Positions 1-9,000 of a stretch of DNA of 64,000 nucleotides are shown one piece after another. This DNA comes from a virus (lineage: Duplodnaviria > Caudoviricetes), in the IMG/VR virus record IMGVR_UViG_3300038428_000825, positions 1 through 64,000 of that record; one strand, written 5' to 3'. The translations under genes were made by a program, and so were the position numbers. Numbering within the stretch: position 1 is the stretch's first letter; every line of letters begins with the position of its first letter. Under the pieces are notes generated by a model. The model saw only the letters and a program-made list of their open reading frames with translations, was not told the origin of the DNA and searched no databases.

Positions 1-246
1 CCGGCGTACACGAGTGATGATCTCTACGTCAGTTGCGTCATAGAGAATGTGGAAAGCCATTCGGCTGTCGTGGTTCCACAAGGGAACTTCGACCTCAGTC
101 GCTTCGCCGTCAGAGTAGATGAACTCCTCTGCCGTTTGCTCATCTTCGAGACGCAATGCCTTCACGTCTTCCTCCTTGAGATGATTGTGAATTGGGCTGT
201 GGCTTAGAGCGATCAGTTCGCTCAACAGATTCTTGTCGTTAGACAT
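1..246 (-). CDS. Hypothetical phage protein, runs off the left window edge
   Basis: ATG at 246 (- strand) preceded by GAAGGAG RBS; frame open to position 1 (MSNDKNLLSELIALSH...). Confidence 0.7.
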   Translation of the reverse strand, partial: MSNDKNLLSELIALSHSPIHNHLKEEDVKALRLEDEQTAEEFIYSDGEATEVEVPLWNHDSRMAFHILYDATDVEIITRVRR

Positions 247-380
247 GGTGATTCTCCTTCCCCCTCCACGGGGTCGGTTGAGTACGAATGAGTTGTGCTG
301 GGTCTTGTGCGCAGAAGCCGCGGGCATGGGCTTCCTGTTGCCAGTCAGTTCCCATGCCCTGTTTGCGTCGTTGAGTAGTC

Positions 381-653
381 TTAGAGGGAGGCAGGCGTTG
401 CGGCCGTCTTCTTGGCGAAGAGGCCAGTGAACCCAGTCCATGCCTGCTTGGCTGCTGGGATCGCACAGACCTGAGCGGTGCCAGCCGCACGGGCTGTCAC
501 ATCGGTGGTGCGCTGCGTGGCATCGGCTGCATAGTGAATGCCTTTGGCAAGGTTGTCGCCGATGAAGTGAATGGCGATGGAGCTGAATGCTCCGTTGACG
601 ATTTCGTTCAACATGGCACGCTGTTCTGGTGTGAGCTGTTTCTTCGTGGTCAT
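381..653 (-). CDS. Hypothetical phage protein
   Basis: ORF 381..677; AAGGAG RBS precedes the ATG at 653 (MTTKKQLTPEQR...). Confidence 0.7.
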   Translation of the reverse strand: MTTKKQLTPEQRAMLNEIVNGAFSSIAIHFIGDNLAKGIHYAADATQRTTDVTARAAGTAQVCAIPAAKQAWTGFTGLFAKKTAATPASL

Positions 654-679
654 TTCATTCTCCTTGAATGGCAGCAAGC

Positions 680-849
680 GAATTAGGACCGGGTGGGCTA
701 AAACCCAAATAGGCCAGCCTCCCTGTACTACTTGTTACCTGGTGTCTTCATCCCCATCACTTGCGGCACCTCGCACGAAGCCTCATGAACGAGTCACATG
801 ACCAGTTGCTGCCCTGTTTATGAGTCGCTGAATTAGATCCGGGTGGGCT
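680..849. repeat. Two 20-bp direct repeats 150 bp apart in the divergent intergenic region
   Basis: GAATTAGGACCGGGTGGGCT (680-699) and GAATTAGATCCGGGTGGGCT (830-849), 18/20 identical. Confidence 0.8.
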
Positions 850-929
850 GTCAGATAAATGTGGCAATCTTCTTACACGAATCCTGAAACCTGTTCAGAA
901 CACAAACAAAAAGGCCTCACGTGTGGGGC

Positions 930-938
930 CTTTGGTAC
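930..938 (+). promoter_or_regulatory. CTTTGGTA[C/G] intergenic motif (putative phage promoter element); other copies at 2242, 3949, 11051, 36692, 39572, 53760
   Basis: Same 8-9-mer recurs upstream of + strand gene starts, often just after a hairpin. Confidence 0.55.
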
Positions 939-965
939 ATCAAGGGCTGGGACCATGCTGGGGAC

Positions 966-1382
966 ATGGTCAAACCTAGTCCGAACTCGCACATCTTCTT
1001 CAAGGTCACGGCCGTGAACCCCAATCACTACGGGATTCCTCCCACGACATTCATAATTGAGGCCCTCAATGAGGAGACGGCCGTTGAGTGCGTGAAGCGC
1101 GCGATCTTGGCTGGCATCCTCTTGCCACACAGCTACGATGGCGCTCTCAATCCCTGGCCCGCATATTTCCAGAGCAATGCCCTGCGGTATCTGCTCGAGG
1201 GAATGTTCGTTGCCGAGGAACTGGAAACGCTGCCGACACTGCGGTTCTTTCCTGATCTGTGCAATGAGAAGGAGTGGGTTCGCTACCAGCTCTCCTGGAT
1301 GGCTCGTCTTGTCGAGGACATCCAGAAGTGGTGGGATGCAATGCTGGCACGGCCCTTCTTCACTTCCTGGTTTGGAAGATGA
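966..1382 (+). CDS. Hypothetical phage protein
   Basis: ORF 921..1382; likely ATG at 966 (MVKPSPNSH...). Confidence 0.65.
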   Translation: MVKPSPNSHIFFKVTAVNPNHYGIPPTTFIIEALNEETAVECVKRAILAGILLPHSYDGALNPWPAYFQSNALRYLLEGMFVAEELETLPTLRFFPDLCNEKEWVRYQLSWMARLVEDIQKWWDAMLARPFFTSWFGR

Positions 1383-1513
1383 AGTTCCTCGTCGTCATCC
1401 TTGTCGTTGCGGCAGTAGTTCTGCTCTGCACTGGCCATGTCATTTTGGCCTGCGGGGCAATCATGCTTGCTGGCACCATGTCCCGGTTCATCATCCGAAC
1501 CCCAACCCTCTGA
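1379..1513 (+). CDS. Small hydrophobic/membrane protein
   Basis: ATGA overlap with the upstream stop; MKFLVVILVVAAVVLLCTGHVILACGAIMLAG is strongly hydrophobic. Confidence 0.55.
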   Translation: MKFLVVILVVAAVVLLCTGHVILACGAIMLAGTMSRFIIRTPTL

Positions 1514-1523
1514 AGGAGTTTCA

Positions 1524-2186
1524 ATGAGTTCCAGCCTCAATCACTACACAGCAAACGTCCAGGTAACGGATGCCGTGATGCACAACAAGACCCCTCTCGC
1601 CACCTCGACCTTCGTCATTGCTGTCCTGGCTGCCAATGCGACCGATGCCCAGGCCCTGATCCAGGAGTTCTATGGCCGCTCCGGGATGTCCTCCAAGATG
1701 ATCAACGGAGTGCATACCCTGTTTCGTTCTGCCGCTCCGAATGTCCCAGGGGCGATCCGGACTGTTTCTGTCACCAACATCACCTTGGTCCCAGATACTG
1801 TTGCCGCTTCTACTTCGGCGCCGGCTGTTGTTGCTGCTGCTCCTGTGGACACTGCGGCTCCAGTTGTTGCCGCTACGGTTCCCGCTCCGGTGGTTGCTGC
1901 CACGCCAGTTTCTGCTACCAGCACTGCAACTGAGACCACGACAGCCGTTCCGTCCGTCATCAATGCGACCGCCTCACCTGCTGCCACCACGGCCGTCACT
2001 GACACGACGACCACGACTCAGCAGGCAGTTTCCGCTTCGACACTGAAGCCCGGTGGACGTGGACGGAAGACCCTCACGGTAGATCCTTCCGCATCGACCC
2101 AGACCGCTGCTCCTGTTGTCGCCGAGACGACCTCTTCCACGACTAGCGATCCGACTTCCTCAGCGACCGCTCCCGCAGCCAGCTAG
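1524..2186 (+). CDS. Hypothetical protein with a long Ala/Thr/Pro/Ser-rich low-complexity C-terminus
   Basis: AAGGAG RBS before ATG 1524; repeated APVVAA-type segments. Confidence 0.75.
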   Translation: MSSSLNHYTANVQVTDAVMHNKTPLATSTFVIAVLAANATDAQALIQEFYGRSGMSSKMINGVHTLFRSAAPNVPGAIRTVSVTNITLVPDTVAASTSAPAVVAAAPVDTAAPVVAATVPAPVVAATPVSATSTATETTTAVPSVINATASPAATTAVTDTTTTTQQAVSASTLKPGGRGRKTLTVDPSASTQTAAPVVAETTSSTTSDPTSSATAPAAS

Positions 2187-2213
2187 AACAGCACATTTTT
2201 GTGAAAGCCTTAC

Positions 2214-2236
2214 AAGCCCGCCGCCCTGGCGGGCTT
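2214..2236 (+). terminator. GC-rich hairpin, probable terminator
   Basis: AAGCCCGCC-gccct-GGCGGGCTT just after a stop codon; weak U tract. Confidence 0.55.
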
Positions 2237-2310
2237 CGTAGCTTTGGTACATTCCCTAGCCTCCACATACTCGCAATTGACGGCCCAGCCAGGGCTGTAA
2301 GGAATGAAGC

Positions 2311-2517
2311 ATGTCGAAGGAAGCAATTCTGTTTGCCGTCACCGAGACCAAGGTTCGTGACAGGGCAGCCGGCCGAGTAGGCACGGTCACGTTTGAGAGC
2401 GCGAACGCCAAGGGCACCAGCAAGGTTGTCCTGGTGAGTCAGGAAGAGATCGTCGACGACTACCGGGTGGGCGAGTTCTATGAACTGACCCTCAACCAGG
2501 TTCAGGCGCCGAAGTAG
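2311..2517 (+). CDS. Hypothetical phage protein
   Basis: 68-aa ORF, AAGGA RBS, phage-like codon usage. Confidence 0.7.
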   Translation: MSKEAILFAVTETKVRDRAAGRVGTVTFESANAKGTSKVVLVSQEEIVDDYRVGEFYELTLNQVQAPK

Positions 2518-2573
2518 TCAGCTGTCTGCTGACATTGTCCCAATCATCAACCCGTTTTGAGAGGAATTCCGCA

Positions 2574-2825
2574 ATGGCATTTTGGGAAGTAACTGGCACC
2601 GTCGTGACCGAGGACAACAACGCAGTCACGTTTCGCACCTTTGTCCCCGCCGAGGAGCTGGTGGATACCGTCAACGAAGGTCTCGATGCGATCTTTGAGA
2701 TCGAGAACCCCGAGGTCTACGACGAACCCGAGACCACGACAAACGGTTGCTTCGCCATGGCTCAGGGCCTTGCGGCGATTGAACCGCCTCCGGCCGTGAA
2801 TGTCCACGTCGAGGTGCATGTCTAG
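2574..2825 (+). CDS. Hypothetical acidic protein
   Basis: GAGGA RBS before ATG 2574 (MAFWEVTG...). Confidence 0.65.
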   Translation: MAFWEVTGTVVTEDNNAVTFRTFVPAEELVDTVNEGLDAIFEIENPEVYDEPETTTNGCFAMAQGLAAIEPPPAVNVHVEVHV

Positions 2826-2827
2826 TC

Positions 2828-3049
2828 ATGCAGGCTCGAGTCAAACTCACACCGCGCATCATTGCCAGGTTGATTGTCGGCAAGCCCGTGACAGTCAACC
2901 TGCCGGCAGGCACAACATCACTTTCCCTCGTAACGGAAGGCAAGTTCCACGAATTCCTCCGTGCGTTTCATGCACCGGAAGAGTTTGATCCGGAGACCTC
3001 GCATACGGAAGTGATCAGCCTGTTCGACCTTATTTTTGGAAAGCACTAA
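2828..3049 (+). CDS. Hypothetical protein
   Basis: 73-aa ORF starting 2 nt after the upstream stop, GAGG RBS. Confidence 0.65.
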   Translation: MQARVKLTPRIIARLIVGKPVTVNLPAGTTSLSLVTEGKFHEFLRAFHAPEEFDPETSHTEVISLFDLIFGKH

Positions 3050-3093
3050 ACCACAACCGAGTCCCAGCAGTTGATCAGGAAAGGCATTCTGGA

Positions 3094-3432
3094 ATGAAGA
3101 TCCAACCCATCAGCAACTACCTCATCATCAAGCTCGATCCGGCCGATGAGAACATCGGCAACAGCAAGTTGATTGCACCGGGCCAGCTCAATGAGGCCTA
3201 CAACGTCCCCAAGCGGATGGGCACCGTCCGTGCAGTTGGCCGTGGTCTCGTCACTGCCGGCGGCGAGATCATCCCTCCGCAGTTGACGTCCGGCGATCGC
3301 GTCTACGTCCTGCAGACCAAGGTCGAGATCACCGTCGAGTACGATGGCGAAGACTGCCTCGTCCTGTCTGACGAGTCGCACGTCATCGGCATCATCACCG
3401 AGGAGTCTTCACTGATTCTGGGGGGCAAGTAA
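3094..3432 (+). CDS. groES: Co-chaperonin GroES (Cpn10) family protein
   Basis: MKIQPISNYLIIK...GTVRAVGRG...GDRV...VEYDGEDCLVLSDESHVIGII follows the Cpn10 pattern. Confidence 0.85.
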   Translation: MKIQPISNYLIIKLDPADENIGNSKLIAPGQLNEAYNVPKRMGTVRAVGRGLVTAGGEIIPPQLTSGDRVYVLQTKVEITVEYDGEDCLVLSDESHVIGIITEESSLILGGK

Positions 3433-3442
3433 TGCCTCCCTT

Positions 3443-3967
3443 ATGACCATGTCTGCCGCTCAGCAAGAAGCGATCAATGAACTCTCCGCGATGTGTGAAG
3501 CGCGCGGCTGGCTCACCCCTCGTGATCAGATGCTTCACCTGTTCTCCCACCACCAATGCGACATGATCTGTGAAGAGAATGGACTGCTGTGGAATAAGGC
3601 GTGTTCCTGTGGCGTCACTATCGATGTACGCCGTGGTGGCTACATCCAGCATCTGATTGCAGTCCTCAAAAAGGAGTCCGGACATGAAGCTGTTTCTTTT
3701 GACGTTCGAGGTCAAGTTCAAGCAGGGAACAGACGTCCTGACTATCAAGGATCAGATGATTGTCCCCGAAAAGACCGAAGCCTCTGCCAAGAAGCGTTTT
3801 CTCGCAACGATCGAGAAGGTGGGGACGATACTTTTGCGCTTCAACGACTCGACCAGGATTCTTGCCCCCATCCGCGATTTCGGCGGAGAGGTCTCTATTA
3901 CAAGTTGCGTAAAGCAGTAACGGACTTCCTCTGCGGAGTCCTCTGTACCTTTGGTACTTCCTACTAG
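3443..3967 (+). CDS. Hypothetical Cys/His-containing protein; 3' half overlaps the next gene
   Basis: 174-aa ORF; N-terminal half (HHQC...CSCG...H) looks genuine, C-terminal half doubtful. Confidence 0.45.
   Translation: MTMSAAQQEAINELSAMCEARGWLTPRDQMLHLFSHHQCDMICEENGLLWNKACSCGVTIDVRRGGYIQHLIAVLKKESGHEAVSFDVRGQVQAGNRRPDYQGSDDCPRKDRSLCQEAFSRNDREGGDDTFALQRLDQDSCPHPRFRRRGLYYKLRKAVTDFLCGVLCTFGTSY
3684..3920 (+). CDS. Hypothetical protein
   Basis: AAGGAG RBS before ATG 3684 (MKLFLLTFEVKFK...). Confidence 0.7.
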   Translation: MKLFLLTFEVKFKQGTDVLTIKDQMIVPEKTEASAKKRFLATIEKVGTILLRFNDSTRILAPIRDFGGEVSITSCVKQ

Positions 3968-3984
3968 CCGTTCATTCTGGGCAC

Positions 3985-4269
3985 ATGGATGCCCAGAAAG
4001 AAGCCTATAAGCTCCTCAAGGAACATGGCGAGCAGATCAGGCACAACAAGCATGAGGCCTGGCGTGTCAACGGCCACCTCATCACCATCACCAAAACCAA
4101 AACCGATGACCGCGGCTGGCTGAACAAGCTCTGCGAGATCCGCCGTTGTCTAAAGATGCCGGCGGAAGAATCCTTCCGCCAGGCTCGGTGCAACGGAAAG
4201 GGCCGGTTCAGCGATGCTCCGGTGTCACAGCACTCTGTCAGTTGTGCTGGTCCGGCCGCGACGAGGTAA
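3985..4269 (+). CDS. HicA-like (dsRBD-fold) protein
   Basis: LLKEHGEQIRHNKHEAWRVNGHLITITKTKTDDRGWLN resembles the HicA-like pattern (conserved His, T-x-[ST]-D-x-R-x-x-x-N). Confidence 0.5.
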   Translation: MDAQKEAYKLLKEHGEQIRHNKHEAWRVNGHLITITKTKTDDRGWLNKLCEIRRCLKMPAEESFRQARCNGKGRFSDAPVSQHSVSCAGPAATR

Positions 4270-4374
4270 GCCAAATGCTGACTGACATCTCTCTCAACAA
4301 GATCGATCTCTTCGATACCACCGAACTCGACGCCGAGTTCAATGCCCACAGAGCCAAGAAGGAGCAACAACCCA

Positions 4375-4797
4375 ATGCCACTTCGCAAGAACCAACCCAA
4401 GAAAGCCACGGCGAAGGCCAAGCCGGCGCCGGTGAAACCGACGGCGAAAACTGAGCCCGCGGCGGCACCCGCAGTCGTAGCACCGCAGGCACCCAAGTTT
4501 ACTGCCGGCGATCTCGTACGGAAGGCCCTCCAGCTGCGCCAGCAGCATACCCTGAACGCTGCTGCAGCCACAGGCGAAGCCCTTGGAGCGCCGAAGGGTC
4601 CCAAGCCGACGATCGTCGAGTTCAAGGTGACCCTCAGCGATGGCACTGTGCTCCACGCCACAGGCAAGCACGCCGACGTCATGGTGCGCTTCAGCAACGA
4701 GTGCCAGGAGATCTGCCAGACCCAAGGCTTGGCTGCCTACAATGGGCCGCCCCTGACTCACTACACCGCCGAGGAGTGGGCGGCGAGGAACGCATAA
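4375..4797 (+). CDS. Hypothetical protein with a Lys/Ala/Pro-rich N-terminus
   Basis: AAGGAG upstream; MPLRKNQPKKATAKAKPAP... Confidence 0.65.
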   Translation: MPLRKNQPKKATAKAKPAPVKPTAKTEPAAAPAVVAPQAPKFTAGDLVRKALQLRQQHTLNAAAATGEALGAPKGPKPTIVEFKVTLSDGTVLHATGKHADVMVRFSNECQEICQTQGLAAYNGPPLTHYTAEEWAARNA

Positions 4798-4843
4798 ACC
4801 CTCATGTCAAACTCCGTTAGCAAGGCAGTTTAGGGATTGTCCG

Positions 4844-5677
4844 TCACTCGATAGTGATGTCAAAGAGTTCCCGCACAGGCACATAGGCGCGTCCAGTCTC
4901 ACCAGCGCGTCTGGTCTTTCGATCGAAAACTTCCACGAGACTGAGATTATGAGTAAATGTATCGCGAAGATCCGTGCCTGAAAGGCAGATTATTCGAGTT
5001 TTTTCACCGAGCCTGAAAGCCGTCAGGCCATCCTCACTAAAGCCAGAGTTGCTTACAAACAAACCCCGCGTCCAATCCGCTTTAGTTCGTACTGTTCCGG
5101 CGAAAGATTGAAGTTCACGATTACCGATCGGCGGTTCCTGCCACTTGGCTTCCACCAGGTAAGTGTTGGCATTAAGCTCGAAACTGCCGTCTATCTGTTC
5201 GCCAACCAACCGAAAAGACTTTCGCGGTGACAGTCCGAAAACTGCAAACAACGCGTCGAGAAAGCCTTCAAATGCAAATCCACGCGCTTGTGGTGGAAGT
5301 TTCTCAAGTTCGGTAAGGCGCGTGGCAAGTCGCTCGTAAAGTGTAGGCATGACTGCCATATTGAGACCATTTTCAGTGAGCCACCACAGCATGTTCGGGT
5401 AGCTCCGCGCAATGGTGTCAAAATAGTCTCCGGGGCAACCGAAAACATAGTTTCCTCGTGCAAGTACAGTCTCGGCAAGGACGTCCGACAAAGATTCGAC
5501 CGGAATAGGCACGTTGGAGACTTCGGCAATCCGTTCGACTAGCTCATGGTTCGTACTCTCGCCTTTCATTGAAAGAGATGCAAAGTTGTCTTCAATCAAC
5601 TTGGCGAATGTAGATTCATCAATCGAGTTGTCGTAGTTACTGAAGCGTTCCCAGAGGTGAATTCTCATCATATCCAT
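4844..5677 (-). CDS. Mrr-like (type IV) PD-(D/E)xK restriction endonuclease domain protein
   Basis: C-terminal RGFAFE...GEQIDGSF...YLVEAKW...GLFVSNSGFS pattern of the Mrr catalytic domain; strand and codon usage differ from the backbone. Confidence 0.8.
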   Translation of the reverse strand: MDMMRIHLWERFSNYDNSIDESTFAKLIEDNFASLSMKGESTNHELVERIAEVSNVPIPVESLSDVLAETVLARGNYVFGCPGDYFDTIARSYPNMLWWLTENGLNMAVMPTLYERLATRLTELEKLPPQARGFAFEGFLDALFAVFGLSPRKSFRLVGEQIDGSFELNANTYLVEAKWQEPPIGNRELQSFAGTVRTKADWTRGLFVSNSGFSEDGLTAFRLGEKTRIICLSGTDLRDTFTHNLSLVEVFDRKTRRAGETGRAYVPVRELFDITIE

Positions 5678-5802
5678 TCGGTTTTGTCAGTTGTCATTCG
5701 CTCAAAAATGATAGCCGCTCGCTTAAATCCACAGCAATAGTATGAGGCATCGCTAGCGACAAACGCCGATTGCGCCAGAATGGATTCTGGAATATCGCCA
5801 TA

Positions 5803-5984
5803 TCGCCAAAGCTCCGCCGATCAGCTTCCGCGGAATTCTGGGTTTACGCCAACAGCCCTGTTGACTCTTCCAGATGTTTAGATGGAGCTTAAAGGTGATC
5901 TGCATCACTCCGTGGGCTTGCCAAACTGGATCATCTGGAGACTAACCGACCGGCTACGTTCATGGGAAGGCGATTTGTTGTAAA
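5803..5984. repeat. ~185-bp inter-cargo repeat, copy A
   Basis: Highly similar to 17890-18079, which carries an extra 8 bp. Confidence 0.9.
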
Positions 5985-6013
5985 CGCAACATACCGACTG
6001 CTTCACCCCGATG

Positions 6014-9000
6014 TCAGATACGATCAAGCCAAGCCATGACTTCATCAGGAAGCGGCGTGCCGAGACAGAAGCGCATCTCTTTGAGCAGGCGGCGCAAACC
6101 GGGAAAGGACCTCTCGGTTGACTCAACCTGCTGTCTCGCGTACGACGGTCGTACGCTGAACTGGAATCCAGAACGATCACAGGCCCGTTCCCAGTACCGA
6201 ATGAAGAACGGAGCCGCTACTTCACGAATGATGGCTTGGTATGAACGGAAGCCCTTCTCCATTTCGCGGACGAGCCAGATTTGTGCATACAGCGACTCGC
6301 GAAGCGGGGCGCGAAGGATTGTCCCAATCATGTAGACAAAAGTGCACAGGTACTCCGCTCTCGCTGCCGAATCGACGCTCCACCGATGCAACTCCTCCCA
6401 ATTCGCATCACCCTGGAGAGAGACTAGGAGCGTCGGAATGTACGGTTCCGCTGAAGGGTATGCAGCAGGTATGGTTTCGAGCTGTTGGATGGCATCCTCG
6501 ATCACCGTTTCATTGATGGGTGAGACCGCGCTATCAAGTTTGAGGAGCGCGAGTTTCAACGTTGAAGAGATCACGGGAAGCAGCAGAACCGATAATCTTG
6601 CCTGAGGAGTTAGGTTCGCCTCCAGCATGCTCCGGACGGTTGAGAGAGCTTCACCGGCCTGACCAAGAGAATCGACATGAGCCTGCGTCGGCAGTTCGAT
6701 GGTCGCCATTGCAATTGCGATTTCGGCGACGCGCCGAAAATCGTTCCGCATAAGACTGTCCGCGAGACCCATCCATTGAGAGGCGCGGACCGCAGGCAGG
6801 GCATCCCGATGAATCTCGGCATATTCCATTCCTTTGAGAGCCCACCTCGCCGCCGATGCCGAATCTCCAATGCCCTCGGCATACATCGCCAGCCGGAGGC
6901 AGACATATGGCAGTTGAGTGGAGCGAAAGGCACCCGGGGCCTCGCTGCTGCTGCCGAGGAACAGTCCCTGCGTCGGCTCGACATGTCCAGCTTGAGGTCG
7001 TCCGTTCAGAGCGACGCCACTGTAATAGGCGGCTACGCCGAAAACCCGGGCAAACATCCCTTTCCATGTATCCGCAGGGGATTCGGTCTCGAGGCTCTTT
7101 GAAACCGCTTCCTCCAACGCCCGAAAGGCCTCGGCCCGTTGGTTGTTGTTCCACAGCGCCATCGAGTGCTCCGCCAAAGCTTCAATCAAGGAGGTGTCTA
7201 TCAACCCGGTGTTCCGGCAAAGCTCGACCGCCGCGCCGGTGAGGTCCGCTGCCCGGGTGCGGTCTGTCGGACCGCAGATTTCGGCAAGCGTGATTAGAAC
7301 ATTTCTGCGCCACAGGCTCTGCCGGTAGGAGTTGCAGGCGAGGGCTTGCTCAAGCCAGCGCGCCCCCTCGGCCGATCTGCCGGCGTAATGCAATTGCCTA
7401 CCGGTGACCTCAGCGATCAGGAAGGCGCAGTCCTCGTCAGGCAGCCTGCTTACCGTTGCCTGAGCCAAGTCCAGTGCCGCGGCGACCTGATGTTCCCACT
7501 CTGCCAGGATGATAATTCGATTGCGGATCGCTGCAGCTTCGAGAAGCGGGTACGGAATCGCTTGCGCAACCTCTTCGATCTTTGCAAGCACTGCCTTCGC
7601 GTGATCCCAATCGCGTTCTGCCTCCGGCTTGTCGTATTCGCGTCGCCAGACCCCATCGCAGAGAACCGTAATGTTGTCCTCGGCAAGATCGGACGAGTTG
7701 AGCGTTTCAAGCTGCGCCGGCGTGTATTGGGACACTGTCTCGATCCAGGAGTAGACATCCTCGTCGGACCGGCTGCTCACCGCCGTTATCCACAACACTC
7801 CTTCTAGGGGATACTCCCGACGCGGCAGCGGAGCGCCGCCGGTCGGAAACTCGGAGATGTTGAACTGGTTGATAGCGGGTACAAGAAATCTATTTGCGAG
7901 CGCAGCATTCTTGCGAGCCATGTGAATGGCGACGTGTCCCGCAGCCATCGCTACGCCCCATCCCGTCGAACCGGACTCTTCGATAAGCGCATCGAGCTGA
8001 CCAACCAGCCTATCGATTTGGGCACCCTGGCGATCGGTAACGACCAACTGCAAGGCTTTCAAGTAGAGCTGGAGGTTCAAATCCCCGCCTGGAGGCAATG
8101 GATAGGTGGTCCAGAACTGGATGAATCCGAACCCCTCGTCTAGAGGCTCGTCCTGGATGCTGATCTCGGCGAGTGCCTGAATCAGGACAATATAGGCGTG
8201 GTTAACCGAGCCGGAAAGAGTGAAGTGATTCACGCAGATGAGAACATCCGCGGGCTCCAGGACTTTTTTGTCCAGCAAATTCCGTCCCAGTACGAAGTGG
8301 ACACCTCGAAACGTCTTCGGATCCAGCGAAGAGCCTAGCTTCGCGCTAATAAGTGGTGAACGAAGGTATCTATCCGAACCCAGGGGCTGCAGCCAAATTC
8401 CGGAAGCGCGCTGCACTTTCTCGCCAGGAAGCGATATCGGGCGCGGAACGCGAGCAACCCGTGCGACTTCTTCGAGTGAGAAAGCGCCGACGGCTTGACT
8501 GAGACGAATCAGGAGTTCTCGTTCCGCATCATCGGGAACCATCGTCTGGAGAAGCTGGCCGACATCCGCACGAACTCCCTCGGCAAACTCACCCTTCAGA
8601 AGGGACTCCAAATGCTCTGATGTGAAGCCCCACGATTGGTCTGCCAAGTAGCGAACCGCGGCGGCCACCAGAATGGGAAGACCTTCGGAGATCGCCACAA
8701 TCAGGTCCAGAATTGCATCGGTCGTCAGCCGCTGCGGCGCGCCCAATAGGCCGAACAGTTCGCTGACGTCACTTCTGGTGAATCGAGGAGCCTCTACATG
8801 CACGAAACCAAGTCTCTGCTCGAAGGCTGATGGGAGCGTGTGATAGGTCGAGAAGAGAAGTTTTGCACCCGCGTGGCGGAAGGCCTCTGCCAGTGCTTCA
8901 AGCCGCGCCGCCAGCTCCCCGCCAGGTGGAACAACAGGCAGATCGTCAATGACCAGCAGTGAACCTCGAAAAGCTTCCGCTACAGCCGCAGCCCATACAT

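Noticed and set aside
4787-4812. dif-like sequence GGAACGCATAA-ACCC-TCATGTCAAAC at the left edge of island 1
   Set aside because: The arms resemble XerC/XerD boxes, but the spacer is 4 bp rather than 6, and no matching partner site was found at other island edges
5882-5983. 33-aa ORF (MELKGDLHH...) intact in both copies of the ~185-bp repeat
   Set aside because: Most differences between the copies are non-synonymous, so its preservation is explained by DNA similarity alone
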